This document shows, piece after piece, positions 1 to 9,297 of a stretch of 64,000 bases of DNA; within the stretch, counting starts at the first letter, position 1, and each line of letters opens with the position of its first letter. The notes below the pieces were generated by a model. It worked only from the letters and a program-made list of their open reading frames with translations, was not told where the DNA came from and did no database searches. The stretch comes from Burkholderiales bacterium (GTDB lineage Bacteria > Pseudomonadota > Gammaproteobacteria > Burkholderiales > SG8-41), in the NCBI GenBank assembly GCA_019744975.1, contig JAIETP010000002.1:4631-68630 (forward strand). The letters are read 5' to 3'. The position numbers and the translations under genes were made by a program.

Positions 1-585
1 GGCAAACCAGCGGCGCCAGAATTCGCAGGCGCAGCGCTCGGCGAGGTGGTCACCACGGGGCAGGTCGAAATCAACGACACCGAGCAGTCCGCCGGGCTTG
101 AGCATGTCCAGCGCGTTGTCCAGTGCCTGCCGCCACTGCGGCATCATGGTCAGCGCGTAGGAGAAATAAACGCGGTCGGCGGGTTTTGCCGGGCGGTAAT
201 GCGTGGCATCGGCTTCGATGATGCGCACCCGCGGTTCATCGGCCCAGCGCAGCCGCGCCTGCTCGAGCAGCGCCGGACACAGGTCGACCAGTTCGATGGT
301 TTCAAAATGCGCCAGCCGTTCGCCGAAATAACCGGCGTTGCGGCCGGTGCCGGCGCCGAGTTCGACGACCACCGCGCCGTCCGGCGGCGCGAGCAGTCCG
401 ATCATTTCACCGCGGCCGTGGAGCAGGCGTTCACGGAAGCGGTCGTAGTGTCCGGCCTGCGGGCGGTAAAAACGCTCCAGGCGTTCGGCATGGCTTGCAC
501 CGTCCGCCGCGCCGCGCGCCATCTGCCACAGGGTCTTGAGCTCCGCGGAGAGCGGGGGAGCGCTTTTCAAGGGGGCGCTTTTCAT
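1..585 (-). CDS. class I SAM-dependent methyltransferase (BtaB-like); 3' end runs off the window
   Basis: Absent from the ORF track because it has no stop codon in the window. The reverse frame from ATG (complement of 583-585) reads MKSAPLKS...VVELGAGTGRNAGYFG...LKPGGLLGVVDFD, which contains SAM-binding motif I (GxGxG). It starts 11 nt after the stop of the upstream DUF3419 gene. Confidence 0.7.
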   Translation of the reverse strand, partial: MKSAPLKSAPPLSAELKTLWQMARGAADGASHAERLERFYRPQAGHYDRFRERLLHGRGEMIGLLAPPDGAVVVELGAGTGRNAGYFGERLAHFETIELVDLCPALLEQARLRWADEPRVRIIEADATHYRPAKPADRVYFSYALTMMPQWRQALDNALDMLKPGGLLGVVDFDLPRGDHLAERCACEFWRRWFA

Positions 586-596
586 GCCGGCATCAT

Positions 597-1799
597 TTAT
601 GGACGCACGTCAGCGATGTGGAAGCCGGCGTAGGTATGCACCCGATCCTCGCGTGTCAGTCGTGCGGCAAGTTGCGGGTGGAACGTCAGCAGTTCCCGCA
701 GGCTGCGATCACCGCCGGCGCCGGGAACCGTCAGCGTATCCAGGTACGCCGGTTGCGCATGGGCACTGCGGAAAATGGCGCGTGCGCCGGGTGTCGCGCA
801 TTCGAGCAGCGCGGCCCATTCTTCGCGCAGCGCTTCCGGTTTGAACGAACCCAGCCAGTCCATGTGGTCGAGCAGCACGAATTTCGACACCCGTGGCTGC
901 ACGCTGCGCAGCAGGTCGGTCACGGTGCAGGTATGGTGGGTGATGCGGTCGGCCAGACCGTTTTTCAGCGCCATGAAATTGTCGCGTTTGAGATATTCCG
1001 GACAGCAGTCGCGGGTGTAGGCGCCGCGCACATAGACCCGCCAGAAATAATTGCTCCACAGCGGCAGGCAGCGGAACACATATTCGATGGCATCACGGAC
1101 GAATCCGGGCACGCCGCCCGCGTGTTGCCGGCGCACTTCGTCGTGCTGGGGCGAGGGCACGCCGAGCATACTCATGGTGATCTGGCGCGACAGCGCCCAG
1201 TTCATGCCGCGCCCCCACATGCGTGGCGCTATCCGCGAGTCATAGATGGCGCACTGTTCTTCGAGCGACTGCGCATCGACGAGTTCATCGACAGCCGCGC
1301 GCAGCCCCGGCCGCAGATCGACGTACTGGCGAAACAGCATTGCAACACGTCCCGACAGGCTGTGGAAATAAAAGGTGTTGCGCGGATTGCGACGGTTGAA
1401 CCACTGCCCGGCGTCGTCCCAGAACTGCTGCGCGAACGGTGACAGGTCACGCCGCAGCGTGTCGCGGTAGAGTGCGTTGAACTGCGGATGCCGGCCTTCG
1501 CCGAAGAGCATGAAAAAGTCGGTATAGGAGAGGCGCCGGATGGCGGCCAGCTTGAGTTCGAGCAGTGCGGTCTGCCGGGGATTGGCATCAACGGCATGGA
1601 TGCGCCGCGGCGCGGCGAGCGCGTAATCCAGGGCATTGCAGCCGGCGCTGGTGATCACCAGAATGGTGTCGTCGCCGGTGATGTTGAGTGCCTGGCGGTC
1701 GACCGCGGGGTCTTCCCAGCAGGTGTTGTAGATCAGCGAGGAGGCATAAAGCGCATTGAACACACGCTCATTAACGCGATTTGTGAGTGAATTGCTCAA
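597..1799 (-). CDS. btaA: DUF3419/BtaA-family protein (S-adenosylmethionine:diacylglycerol 3-amino-3-carboxypropyl transferase-like)
   Basis: 400-aa ORF. The blocks YNTCWEDPAVD and ITSAGCNALDY...AVDANPRQTALLELKLAAI are typical of COG5379/DUF3419. A methyltransferase follows immediately, as in btaA-btaB operons. Confidence 0.65.
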   Translation of the reverse strand: MSNSLTNRVNERVFNALYASSLIYNTCWEDPAVDRQALNITGDDTILVITSAGCNALDYALAAPRRIHAVDANPRQTALLELKLAAIRRLSYTDFFMLFGEGRHPQFNALYRDTLRRDLSPFAQQFWDDAGQWFNRRNPRNTFYFHSLSGRVAMLFRQYVDLRPGLRAAVDELVDAQSLEEQCAIYDSRIAPRMWGRGMNWALSRQITMSMLGVPSPQHDEVRRQHAGGVPGFVRDAIEYVFRCLPLWSNYFWRVYVRGAYTRDCCPEYLKRDNFMALKNGLADRITHHTCTVTDLLRSVQPRVSKFVLLDHMDWLGSFKPEALREEWAALLECATPGARAIFRSAHAQPAYLDTLTVPGAGGDRSLRELLTFHPQLAARLTREDRVHTYAGFHIADVRP

Positions 1800-1922
1800 A
1801 GTATATGATTGGTTTGCATTTTTCTTCCGGCAAGATTAGCCGGGATTTATTTCCGCAGTGTGACTCCGGGATTGCGAATCGACGTCATGGCGCAGCCCGC
1901 CGGTACTGCGTCCGGCACGGTT

Positions 1923-2086
1923 GACTTGAAATGCCCGCATGACCATTCCGCTGCTGACCGAACTGCCGTACCACGCCGACAGCACGGCGCTCTTCCGGGC
2001 GGGGCGGCATCGTCGCCGATTCAGAGCGCGACGCCGGGTATCAGGAAACCTTCGACAAGGCAGCAGCCTTGTTGAGCCTGCAGCAG
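1923..2086 (+). pseudogene. internally deleted remnant of an aminodeoxychorismate synthase (pabB) gene
   Basis: 1923-1995 is about 90% identical to 4416-4488 (upstream bases plus codons MxIPLLTELPYHADS). 1999-2086 matches 5703-5793 (C-terminal GGIVADSERDAxYQETFDKAAALL). The roughly 1.2 kb in between is missing and the junction is out of frame. Confidence 0.8.
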
Positions 2087-2151
2087 CAGCGTGCCGAAAG
2101 CGTCAGCGGCAACGCCTGATCCGTCATCTTTCTTTAACTATCGGCTTTTTA

Positions 2152-2736
2152 TTATTGCTGTGCGAGGTAGTGCGCCAGATCGCGGATGTCGCTGTCGGTG
2201 GCCCTGTACATGGCGGCGTTCATGCTGGTGTCGGCGCCGGTGCGCTTGTCATCGCGGTACGCCCGCAGTGTCAGGGCGAGATAGTCTTCGCGTTGACCGG
2301 TGATGCGCGGGATATGCCGCTGGCCGCGGTAGTCCGCGAGATGACAACTGCCGCAGCCCATGCCTCGCGAAAGTGCGGCGCCACGCGCGTAGATCTGTTG
2401 ATCCCGCTTGCTGCTTTCCGGCGACGGTTTCTGCGCGGAAAAATACGCGGCGACGTCCTCGAGATCGCGATCGGTGAAATCCTTGAGCAGTCCCGCCATG
2501 GGCGGCACCACCCGCAAGCCTTCGCGCATGAAAAACATTTGTAATACCAGGAACTCTGGCTGTTGGCCGGCGAGGGTGGGCATTCCGGGCAGCGGTGGTC
2601 GTTCGGGCGCGCCGTGGCAGACCGCACAGGCGGCGACTTTTTGCGCGCCGCGCACGGCGTCTCCATTGGCGTTTCCCGGCACGGGACCTGCGGAGAGCAG
2701 GAAGGCGACAGAAAAAATTACGGCACGGCGGATCAT
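2152..2736 (-). CDS. dihaem cytochrome c (c4-like), secreted
   Basis: Two CxxCH motifs (CAVCH, CGSCH) and a signal-like N-terminus MIRRAVIFSVAFLLSAG. An alternative ATG at 2766 overlaps the upstream stop (TAATG). Confidence 0.8.
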   Translation of the reverse strand: MIRRAVIFSVAFLLSAGPVPGNANGDAVRGAQKVAACAVCHGAPERPPLPGMPTLAGQQPEFLVLQMFFMREGLRVVPPMAGLLKDFTDRDLEDVAAYFSAQKPSPESSKRDQQIYARGAALSRGMGCGSCHLADYRGQRHIPRITGQREDYLALTLRAYRDDKRTGADTSMNAAMYRATDSDIRDLAHYLAQQ

Positions 2737-2752
2737 AAATCCGCCGTGCCGT
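2720..2752 (-). promoter_or_regulatory. 13-bp perfect stem / 7-nt loop hairpin with the cytochrome c ATG (2734-2736) in the loop
   Basis: acggcacggcgga tcataaa tccgccgtgccgt, read directly from the sequence. Confidence 0.6.
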
Positions 2753-2765
2753 GCCGTGAAATGCA

Positions 2766-4034
2766 TTATTTCCTGTAACTCACCCGGTAAATCGCGCCGT
2801 TCTGTTCATCGGCGATCAGCATTGAACCGTCGGGCATTTGCATGACATCGACCGGGCGGCCCCAGAACGCGTTCGTGGCTTTGTCGAGGAAACCGGTGAC
2901 AAACGGCGTGATCTGCGGGTTCTTGCCGTCGGCGGTGGCGGTGACGCGAAGTACGTCGTAGCCGTTCTTCTCGGTCTTGTTCCAGGAGCCGCGACGGGCC
3001 ACGATGACCGCGCCCTGATAATCTGCCGGGAACGTTTTGCCGGTATAGAAGCGCATGCCCAGTGCCGCGGCATGCGCGCCGAGCGTGACCACCGGCAATT
3101 CGACGTTGGCGCAGGCGTTCGGTACTTTGATGTCCGGATCGGGCTGACCACTGCCGTGGCAGTACGGGAAGCCGAAGTGCGCACCGATTTTATTGGCGGG
3201 CAGGCGATTGAGTTCCTCCTCAAACCCTTCTTCGCCGCCCCAGTCGCGGCCGTTGTCGGTGAACCATAACTCGCCGGTTTTGGGATGGAAATCAAAGCCG
3301 ACGGTGTTGCGCACACCGCGCGCCACGATTTCCATGCCCGTGCCGTCGAAGTTGTAGCGGCGGATCTGGCCGTGTATGCCAGGGTTGATTTCGCATATAT
3401 TGCACGGCGCGCCGACCTGCATGTAAATCTTGTGGTCAGACCCCACGGCAATGAATTTCCAATTGTGATGCACCTCGGGCGGCAGCTTGAAGGCGTCGGT
3501 CATATCGACCGGCGTGGGGATGTTCTCCAGATTGGCTTCAATATTGTCGTAGCGCAGCACCTTGTTGATGGCAACCACGTAGAGCGAGCCCTTGTGAAAC
3601 AGCACGCCGTTGGGCTGCACCAATTTATCGGCGATCACTTTGGAGACGCGCTTGCCGTCCTTTTCATAAATGGCATAAACGCGGCCGATGGCGCGCGTGC
3701 CCTGGAATACCGTGCCCTTGTCGCCGCGAGTCATCATGCGCGCGCCGGGAGAGCCGTGCGCCCACAGTTCAATCTGGAAGCCGGGCGGAACCTGCAGCTT
3801 GTTCAGGGGAATGTTCTCCGGCGGCGTTACGGTTACCGGAGTGACGTGGGGCGCCAGTCCGGTGGAACTCATGCGCTCGGGGTGGAAGCCGCCCATCAGC
3901 ACGCGGGGGTCAGGTTTGGCGGCGGGCGCAGACGCTGTTTGTGCGATGGCGGACGGGCTTGCCACGGCAAGCATGCCGAGCGCCAATCCACCAGTGGCCA
4001 AAATACGAAGTAAACGAGGCTTGGAGCGATTCAT
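2766..4034 (-). CDS. PQQ-dependent sugar (glucose/sorbosone) dehydrogenase family, periplasmic
   Basis: Signal peptide MNRSKPRLLRILATGGLALGMLAVASPSAIAQ. The blocks WFTDNGRD, GFPYCHG and GSMLIADEQNGAIYRV resemble soluble beta-propeller sorbosone/glucose dehydrogenases. RBS GGGAGA precedes ATG 4034. A cytochrome c gene lies downstream. Confidence 0.7.
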   Translation of the reverse strand: MNRSKPRLLRILATGGLALGMLAVASPSAIAQTASAPAAKPDPRVLMGGFHPERMSSTGLAPHVTPVTVTPPENIPLNKLQVPPGFQIELWAHGSPGARMMTRGDKGTVFQGTRAIGRVYAIYEKDGKRVSKVIADKLVQPNGVLFHKGSLYVVAINKVLRYDNIEANLENIPTPVDMTDAFKLPPEVHHNWKFIAVGSDHKIYMQVGAPCNICEINPGIHGQIRRYNFDGTGMEIVARGVRNTVGFDFHPKTGELWFTDNGRDWGGEEGFEEELNRLPANKIGAHFGFPYCHGSGQPDPDIKVPNACANVELPVVTLGAHAAALGMRFYTGKTFPADYQGAVIVARRGSWNKTEKNGYDVLRVTATADGKNPQITPFVTGFLDKATNAFWGRPVDVMQMPDGSMLIADEQNGAIYRVSYRK

Positions 4035-4319
4035 GTTATTTCTCCCAGGGGGTTTTTTGATCGCGCGGGCATTTCTATTGATTTGCTCCTCCTCCTCACC
4101 GGCCTTGGCGCGCGGTGACATGATACACAATGATCAGCGGGCGCTGGACCCTGTGCAAAGTGCAGAGGGATGAGTGCCCAAGGGGTTTTATCCGGGCACG
4201 GAGCGGAAAACCCGCAGACCCGCAGCCCGATGCAGCGCGCCCTGAAGGAGGTCCCCTTGAGGGGGGGGCGCTTCTTTTAATCCGTATTACTACTACAGAT
4301 AGTGCCCCCAAGTATTTTA

Positions 4320-4340
4320 ATAACCTATTGTTTTTTAAAT
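4320..4340 (-). repeat. AT-box copy (ATTTAAAAAACAATAGGTTAT on the minus strand)
   Basis: Member of the CAATAAAAWCAAWWASWTAY family; see findings. Confidence 0.5.
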
Positions 4341-4431
4341 AGATTTTTATGCGCTGGGGGTGAGCGGCCGTATTGCTGCCCCGTATTGCTGCCAATACGC
4401 GCTCTGCGATCCCGCAGACTAAAATGCCCGC

Positions 4432-5820
4432 ATGAGCATTCCGCTGCTGACCGAACTGCCATACCACGCCGACAGCGCCGCGCTGTTCGAAGCCGTGGCC
4501 GACCGGCCGTGGGCGGTGTTCCTCGACAGCGGGCTGCATCATCCGGGGCAGGCGCGTTACGACATCATTGCCGCCGAACCGTACGTGCGCCTGGTCACGC
4601 GCGGCGCGCTGACCGAGGTCCATGCCGAACACACCGAGCTGTCGCGCGCGGATCCTTTTGAACTGCTGCGGCAGTACGTCGCAGTGGACGCGGAATGTGC
4701 CGGCGAACTGCCGTTCAGCGGCGGCGCCATCGGTTATTTCGGTTATGACCTGACGCGGCGCATCGAACGCCTGCCGGCGCGGGCGCGGGATGCCGAACGC
4801 ATTCCGGACATGGCCATCGGCATTTATGACTGGGCGGTGGTGGTTGATCACTCCGAGCGCCGCGCCTGGCTGGCCGGGCAGGGGCGTGATCCTGATACCG
4901 ACCTCAAATGGAATGCACTGGTGCGCTTGTTCACCGACACCCCCCCCGAACGCCGCCGCGCGCCGTTCCGTGTGACGTCTCCGGTGACCTCGAACCTGAC
5001 GCCGCAGCATTACGGCCGAGTGTTTGATCGTGTGCTCGATTACATCAGCGCCGGTGATTGTTACCAGGTCAATCTGGCGCAGCGTTTTTCAGCCGAGGCC
5101 ACGGGCGACCCCTGGCTGGCCTATCAGCGGCTGCGCCTGATCAATCCGGCGCCGTACTCTGCATTTTTGTCGACCCCGTACGCGCAGATACTGTCCGCAT
5201 CGCCGGAACGTTTCCTGCGCGTCGAAAACCGTCAGGTTGAAACCAGGCCGATCAAGGGCACACGACCGCGCGCGGGGCATCCACGGCTCGACGCCGAGTT
5301 GATCGCGGAGCTGGTGGCCAGTGAAAAGGACCGCGCCGAGAATCTGATGATCGTCGATCTGCTGCGCAACGACTTGTCGAAAAACTGCGAACTGGGTTCG
5401 GTCAAGGTGCCGAAACTGTTTGAGGTCGAGAGTTTTGCCACGGTGCACCACCTGGTGAGCACGGTGACCGGCCGTCTCGCGCCGGGGCGCGATGCGATTG
5501 ATCTGCTGCGCGGCGCCTTTCCCGGCGGCTCGATCACCGGCGCGCCGAAAATGCGCGCGATGCAGATCATCGAGGAAATCGAACCGCACCGCCGCGGCGT
5601 GTATTGCGGCGCGATCGGTTACGTTGGTTATGACGGCAACATGGACACCAACATCGCGATCCGCACGCTGGTGCATTCGCACGGCACGGTGCGTTTCTGG
5701 GCGGGCGGCGGCATCGTCGCCGATTCAGAGCGCGACGCCGAGTACCAGGAAACCTTCGACAAGGCGGCTGCCCTGTTGAGTCTGCTGCAGCAGAGCGCCG
5801 CGCGGGAGCGCGAGGCCTAG
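4432..5820 (+). CDS. pabB: aminodeoxychorismate synthase component I
   Basis: 462 aa with chorismate-binding blocks SPERFL, PIKGTRPR, DRAENLMIVDLLRND, GGSITGAPKMRAMQIIEEIE and RGVYCGAIGY. Confidence 0.9.
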   Translation: MSIPLLTELPYHADSAALFEAVADRPWAVFLDSGLHHPGQARYDIIAAEPYVRLVTRGALTEVHAEHTELSRADPFELLRQYVAVDAECAGELPFSGGAIGYFGYDLTRRIERLPARARDAERIPDMAIGIYDWAVVVDHSERRAWLAGQGRDPDTDLKWNALVRLFTDTPPERRRAPFRVTSPVTSNLTPQHYGRVFDRVLDYISAGDCYQVNLAQRFSAEATGDPWLAYQRLRLINPAPYSAFLSTPYAQILSASPERFLRVENRQVETRPIKGTRPRAGHPRLDAELIAELVASEKDRAENLMIVDLLRNDLSKNCELGSVKVPKLFEVESFATVHHLVSTVTGRLAPGRDAIDLLRGAFPGGSITGAPKMRAMQIIEEIEPHRRGVYCGAIGYVGYDGNMDTNIAIRTLVHSHGTVRFWAGGGIVADSERDAEYQETFDKAAALLSLLQQSAAREREA

Positions 5821-5830
5821 CCCCATTCTT

Positions 5831-8809
5831 TCAGCGCTGTTTTTGCAGCAACGCGGAAAATTCCGCCGTCGGCAGCGCCGGGCTGCAGAGATAACCCTGC
5901 ATTTCATTGCAGCCGGCGGCGGTCAGAAAGTCGCGTTGTGCCGCGGTTTCGACGCCTTCCGCGACCACCTTGAGTTTCAGGCTGTGGGCAAGGGCGATGG
6001 TGGCGCACATGATCGCCTCGCTGTTCGGGTCGTTGCCGACGTCGATGACGAACGAGCGGTCAATTTTCAGGGTGTCGAGCGGAAAACGCTTGAGGTAGGC
6101 GAGGCTCGAGTACCCGGTGCCGAAATCGTCCACCGCGAGCTTCACGCCCAGCGCATGTATTTCGCCCAGCACCTTGATCGCCTGCTCCGCGTTGGCCATT
6201 GCGGTGCCTTCCGTAATTTCCAGTTCGAGGGCACCGGGGGCGAGACCTGTGGCCTGTAATACGGATGCCACGACTTTCACGAGATTTTTCTGCCGAAACT
6301 GGCGCGGGGAAAGATTCACCGCGACCTTGATGGCGTGGCCCTGTGCGTGCCATGCCTGCATCTGCGCGCAGGCCGTGCGCAGCACCCATTCGCCGATCGG
6401 GACGATCAGGCCGCTTTCTTCGGCGACGGGAATGAAATGCGCGGGGCTGACCGCGCCGAGGTCCGGGCTGTTCCAGCGCAGCAGTGCTTCGGCGCCGGTG
6501 ATGGCCCCGTCCTGCAGCCGCAGCTTGGGCTGGTAGTACAACTGAAATTCGTTGCGTTCCAGCGCATGGCGCAGCCGGATCTCGAGGCTGAGGCGCTGGC
6601 TGCGCGGCGTGATGGATTCGTTTTCGTAAGCCCGGTAGACGCCGCCGCCTTCGTGTTTGACCTGTTCCATGGCCATCTCGGCGTGTTCCAGCAGTTTGTC
6701 CATATCGTCAGTGTCGTTCGGGTGTGTGCTGAAGCCGATGCTGGCGGCGATGACGATCTCACTCTCCGCAACGGTGAATGGTCTGGCGAATGCCTCTATC
6801 AGTTTGTCAGCGATGGCGGTGACGTCGTTTTTTCCGGGAACGCTTTCGACAAGAATCGCAAACTCGTCGCCACCCAGCCGTGCGATGGTGTCGACGTCGC
6901 GCAGGGTGTTCTTGAGCCGCTCCGCGACTTGCCGTAGCAGGTCGTCGCCAGCCTCCAGCCCCAGGCCGTCATTGACCTGCTTGAAGCGGTCGATATTGCA
7001 CACCATGATCCCGGTCATCTCGCCGCGGCGCTTGCCGCGCGCGATGGCGAGCCCGAGCCGGTCGCGGAACAGGTTGCGGTTGGGCAATCTGGTCAGCGCG
7101 TCGTATTGCGACAGGTAAGCGATTTGTTCCTGGTTTTTTTTACGTTCGGTAAAGTCGCGCGTAACCGAGAGCATCGCTGCGGCGCCGCTTTCCGGCATCA
7201 GCATGCGTGTCGCATGGGATTCCAGCCAGCGGTGGGTACCTTGCAGGCCGACCATCTCGAACTCCAAGGTCGAGGTCTCTCCAATCAATGCCTGGTTGAA
7301 GTGCTGAGAGTAGCGCGCCCGTTGTTCCGGCAACACGAAGTTGATGAGTCCATGGTCGCGTACCTGTGTTATGGACGTCGCTTCGAACATCTCGAGGCCG
7401 GCACGATTGATTTCGATGGGTGAGCCATCAGCACCGACCACTTTTACGCACTCCGATTGGTTCTCGAGAATCGCGCGCAGCCTGGCCGCTCCCGCCTGGA
7501 TTGTCTTGTTGGACCGGTCGCGTTCGATCAGGCGCGCGAGCTGTGAGCTGATGTTGCCCATGTTCTCCAGCAGCAGTGCGTCGGTCTGCCGCTGCTCGTC
7601 GGAGAAAAATTCGAGCAGCGCGAGCACCTCACCCCGAACCACCACCGGGAATCCGTAACCGGAGCAGATGCCCTGCTGTTGCAGTGACAGAAAACGGCCA
7701 CGATATGGAAAATTATGGATGTCTTCGACCCAAATTGGTTTCTGTTGCTTGAGTATTTTTCCAACTAACGCACCGGTGGTCTGGGAGTAATCGTAGGTCA
7801 GCGTCTTGCTGATGAAATCGGCGAAGAGTGCGCGGTCTGTTTCCGGGATGTTCCAGAAGTGTGCGACGACGGCCCTTGCCGGGTCGGACTGCCTGAAGGT
7901 CACGACGTGGCCTATCCGCCACCCGCCGTGCGCGCAAATGGTATCGAGGCAGGTCTGCAATGCCGCTTCGGGCGTCGGGGCTTCATTCGCCGTGCGGGCG
8001 AGGGTTTCCATCAGCAGCGCCAGCGTGGATTTTCGGATCAGTTCGTTCCGGATGCGCTTCAACTCGGTGATGTCGCGGGTGATCTGTGACGCACCGACTA
8101 TTTGGCCGTGCGCGTCGAGGATCGGAGACAGCGAGTTGGATACGTCAAGCAACCGTCCATCCTTGGTAATGCGTTGTGTCTCGAAAGGCGGAACATGGAA
8201 ATTACGCACCAGCTGTTCGTTGTTCAGCGCCGTTTTTGCCCGTACACCGGGTGGCAGTATCAACGAGACTGGCTGGCCAATCGCTTCGGCGGCGGTATAG
8301 CCGTACAGTTTTTCGGCCGCAGGGTTCCAGGAGGTGATGATGCCGTCCAGCGTGCGGCTGATGATGGCGTCATTGCTCGATTCGACGATGGCCGCGAGCC
8401 GCCCGGCCTCGGCTTGGGCGTGTTGCAGATTTTTGCGGGTCTTGACGATCTCGAGTGTGCGTTTCAGGGCGATATCGAGCCGAAACAGTTTGTCTTTGGG
8501 GACAAAATCATCCGCGCCGGCCTGCATGACCGCCACCGCCAGTTCATCCCCGATGGTTCCTGATACCAGGATGAACGGCGTATCCAGCCCCCGACCGCGC
8601 AGAATCTGCAGTGCACGCAGTCCGTTGAAGGCCGGCAGGCGGTAATCAGCAAAGATGATTTCCGGATTGTTGTCGAGTGCCGCGGAAAAATCGTGTTCGG
8701 TGCTGACGATGCGGGCGTCGAGGTCGTAGCCCTGCTCCCTCAGGTTGATGCAAAGCAGCTCCGCATCGGACGGGCTGTCCTCAACGATTAATGCACGAAG
8801 GTGTTTCAC
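5831..8809 (-). CDS. response-regulator receiver / PAS / GAF / PAS / GGDEF / EAL c-di-GMP turnover protein
   Basis: 992 aa. It has an N-terminal CheY-like receiver (LIVEDSPSD...FADYRLP), an intact GGDEF (ARLGGDEFAIL) and EAL (EALLRW ... DDFGTGYSSL). Its start overlaps the upstream gene by 4 nt. Confidence 0.9.
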   Translation of the reverse strand: MKHLRALIVEDSPSDAELLCINLREQGYDLDARIVSTEHDFSAALDNNPEIIFADYRLPAFNGLRALQILRGRGLDTPFILVSGTIGDELAVAVMQAGADDFVPKDKLFRLDIALKRTLEIVKTRKNLQHAQAEAGRLAAIVESSNDAIISRTLDGIITSWNPAAEKLYGYTAAEAIGQPVSLILPPGVRAKTALNNEQLVRNFHVPPFETQRITKDGRLLDVSNSLSPILDAHGQIVGASQITRDITELKRIRNELIRKSTLALLMETLARTANEAPTPEAALQTCLDTICAHGGWRIGHVVTFRQSDPARAVVAHFWNIPETDRALFADFISKTLTYDYSQTTGALVGKILKQQKPIWVEDIHNFPYRGRFLSLQQQGICSGYGFPVVVRGEVLALLEFFSDEQRQTDALLLENMGNISSQLARLIERDRSNKTIQAGAARLRAILENQSECVKVVGADGSPIEINRAGLEMFEATSITQVRDHGLINFVLPEQRARYSQHFNQALIGETSTLEFEMVGLQGTHRWLESHATRMLMPESGAAAMLSVTRDFTERKKNQEQIAYLSQYDALTRLPNRNLFRDRLGLAIARGKRRGEMTGIMVCNIDRFKQVNDGLGLEAGDDLLRQVAERLKNTLRDVDTIARLGGDEFAILVESVPGKNDVTAIADKLIEAFARPFTVAESEIVIAASIGFSTHPNDTDDMDKLLEHAEMAMEQVKHEGGGVYRAYENESITPRSQRLSLEIRLRHALERNEFQLYYQPKLRLQDGAITGAEALLRWNSPDLGAVSPAHFIPVAEESGLIVPIGEWVLRTACAQMQAWHAQGHAIKVAVNLSPRQFRQKNLVKVVASVLQATGLAPGALELEITEGTAMANAEQAIKVLGEIHALGVKLAVDDFGTGYSSLAYLKRFPLDTLKIDRSFVIDVGNDPNSEAIMCATIALAHSLKLKVVAEGVETAAQRDFLTAAGCNEMQGYLCSPALPTAEFSALLQKQR

Positions 8810-9297
8810 ATGGGGCCTTGAGGATGGGGCGTCGACGGATAATGTCCGTCGCCCGGCGGCGGTGTCCGGTTGAGCAGCAGCCAGTACAGGCCGATCTGCC
8901 GCACGGACTCGACAACCTGTTCAAAAGTGACCGGCTTGACGATGTAGCTGTTCACGCCGAGTTCATAACTTTCGATGATGTCCCGGTCTTCACGGGAGGA
9001 TGTCAGTACGACCACCGGTATGGTGCGCAGAGCCGGATGTTCCTTGATGAACCGGAGGATTTCCAGTCCACCCACCTTGGGCAGCTTGAGGTCGAGCAGG
9101 ATCAGTTTCGGCTTGCTGCCCGCCGGGTCGCTGGTCAGCTGTTCGCTGCAGCGAGTCAGGAATTCGAGCGCCTCGGCGCCATCGCGGAGGACGTGAACTT
9201 CGTTGACCAGGTTGTGTTTGCGCATGGCCAGCAACGCGAGTTCTTCGTCGTCGGGATTGTCCTCGATCAACAGCAGTTCGATGGTTTTTTTATTCAT
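8806..9297 (-). CDS. single-domain response regulator (CheY-like)
   Basis: LLLIEDNPDDEEL...LILLDLKLPKVGG...YIVKP receiver motifs. It overlaps both neighbouring genes by 4 nt. Confidence 0.85.
   Translation of the reverse strand: MNKKTIELLLIEDNPDDEELALLAMRKHNLVNEVHVLRDGAEALEFLTRCSEQLTSDPAGSKPKLILLDLKLPKVGGLEILRFIKEHPALRTIPVVVLTSSREDRDIIESYELGVNSYIVKPVTFEQVVESVRQIGLYWLLLNRTPPPGDGHYPSTPHPQGPM

Noticed and set aside
46-633. 195-aa plus-strand ORF at the left edge
   Set aside because: It is the antisense shadow of a clear minus-strand SAM methyltransferase (GxGxG motif). Its translation is low-complexity and Arg/Ala/Gly-rich, as is typical of wrong-strand ORFs in high-GC DNA.
1809-2544. ORFs 1809-2075 and 1939-2544 (+)
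   Set aside because: They arise from the pabB remnant. The first ~20 codons copy pabB and then run out of frame into antisense sequence of the cytochrome c gene. They are treated as a pseudogene remnant rather than as genes.
4130-4342. 70-aa ORF in the spacer upstream of the PQQ dehydrogenase
   Set aside because: It has no RBS, its translation is implausible, and it spans a G-run and the AT-box. It is treated as non-coding.
7680-7800. Patch of AT-rich codons inside the GAF region of the GGDEF-EAL gene
   Set aside because: It does not contain the AT-box motif and has no repeat or hairpin structure. It most likely reflects local compositional heterogeneity or a domain of different ancestry, which is not enough for a separate claim.
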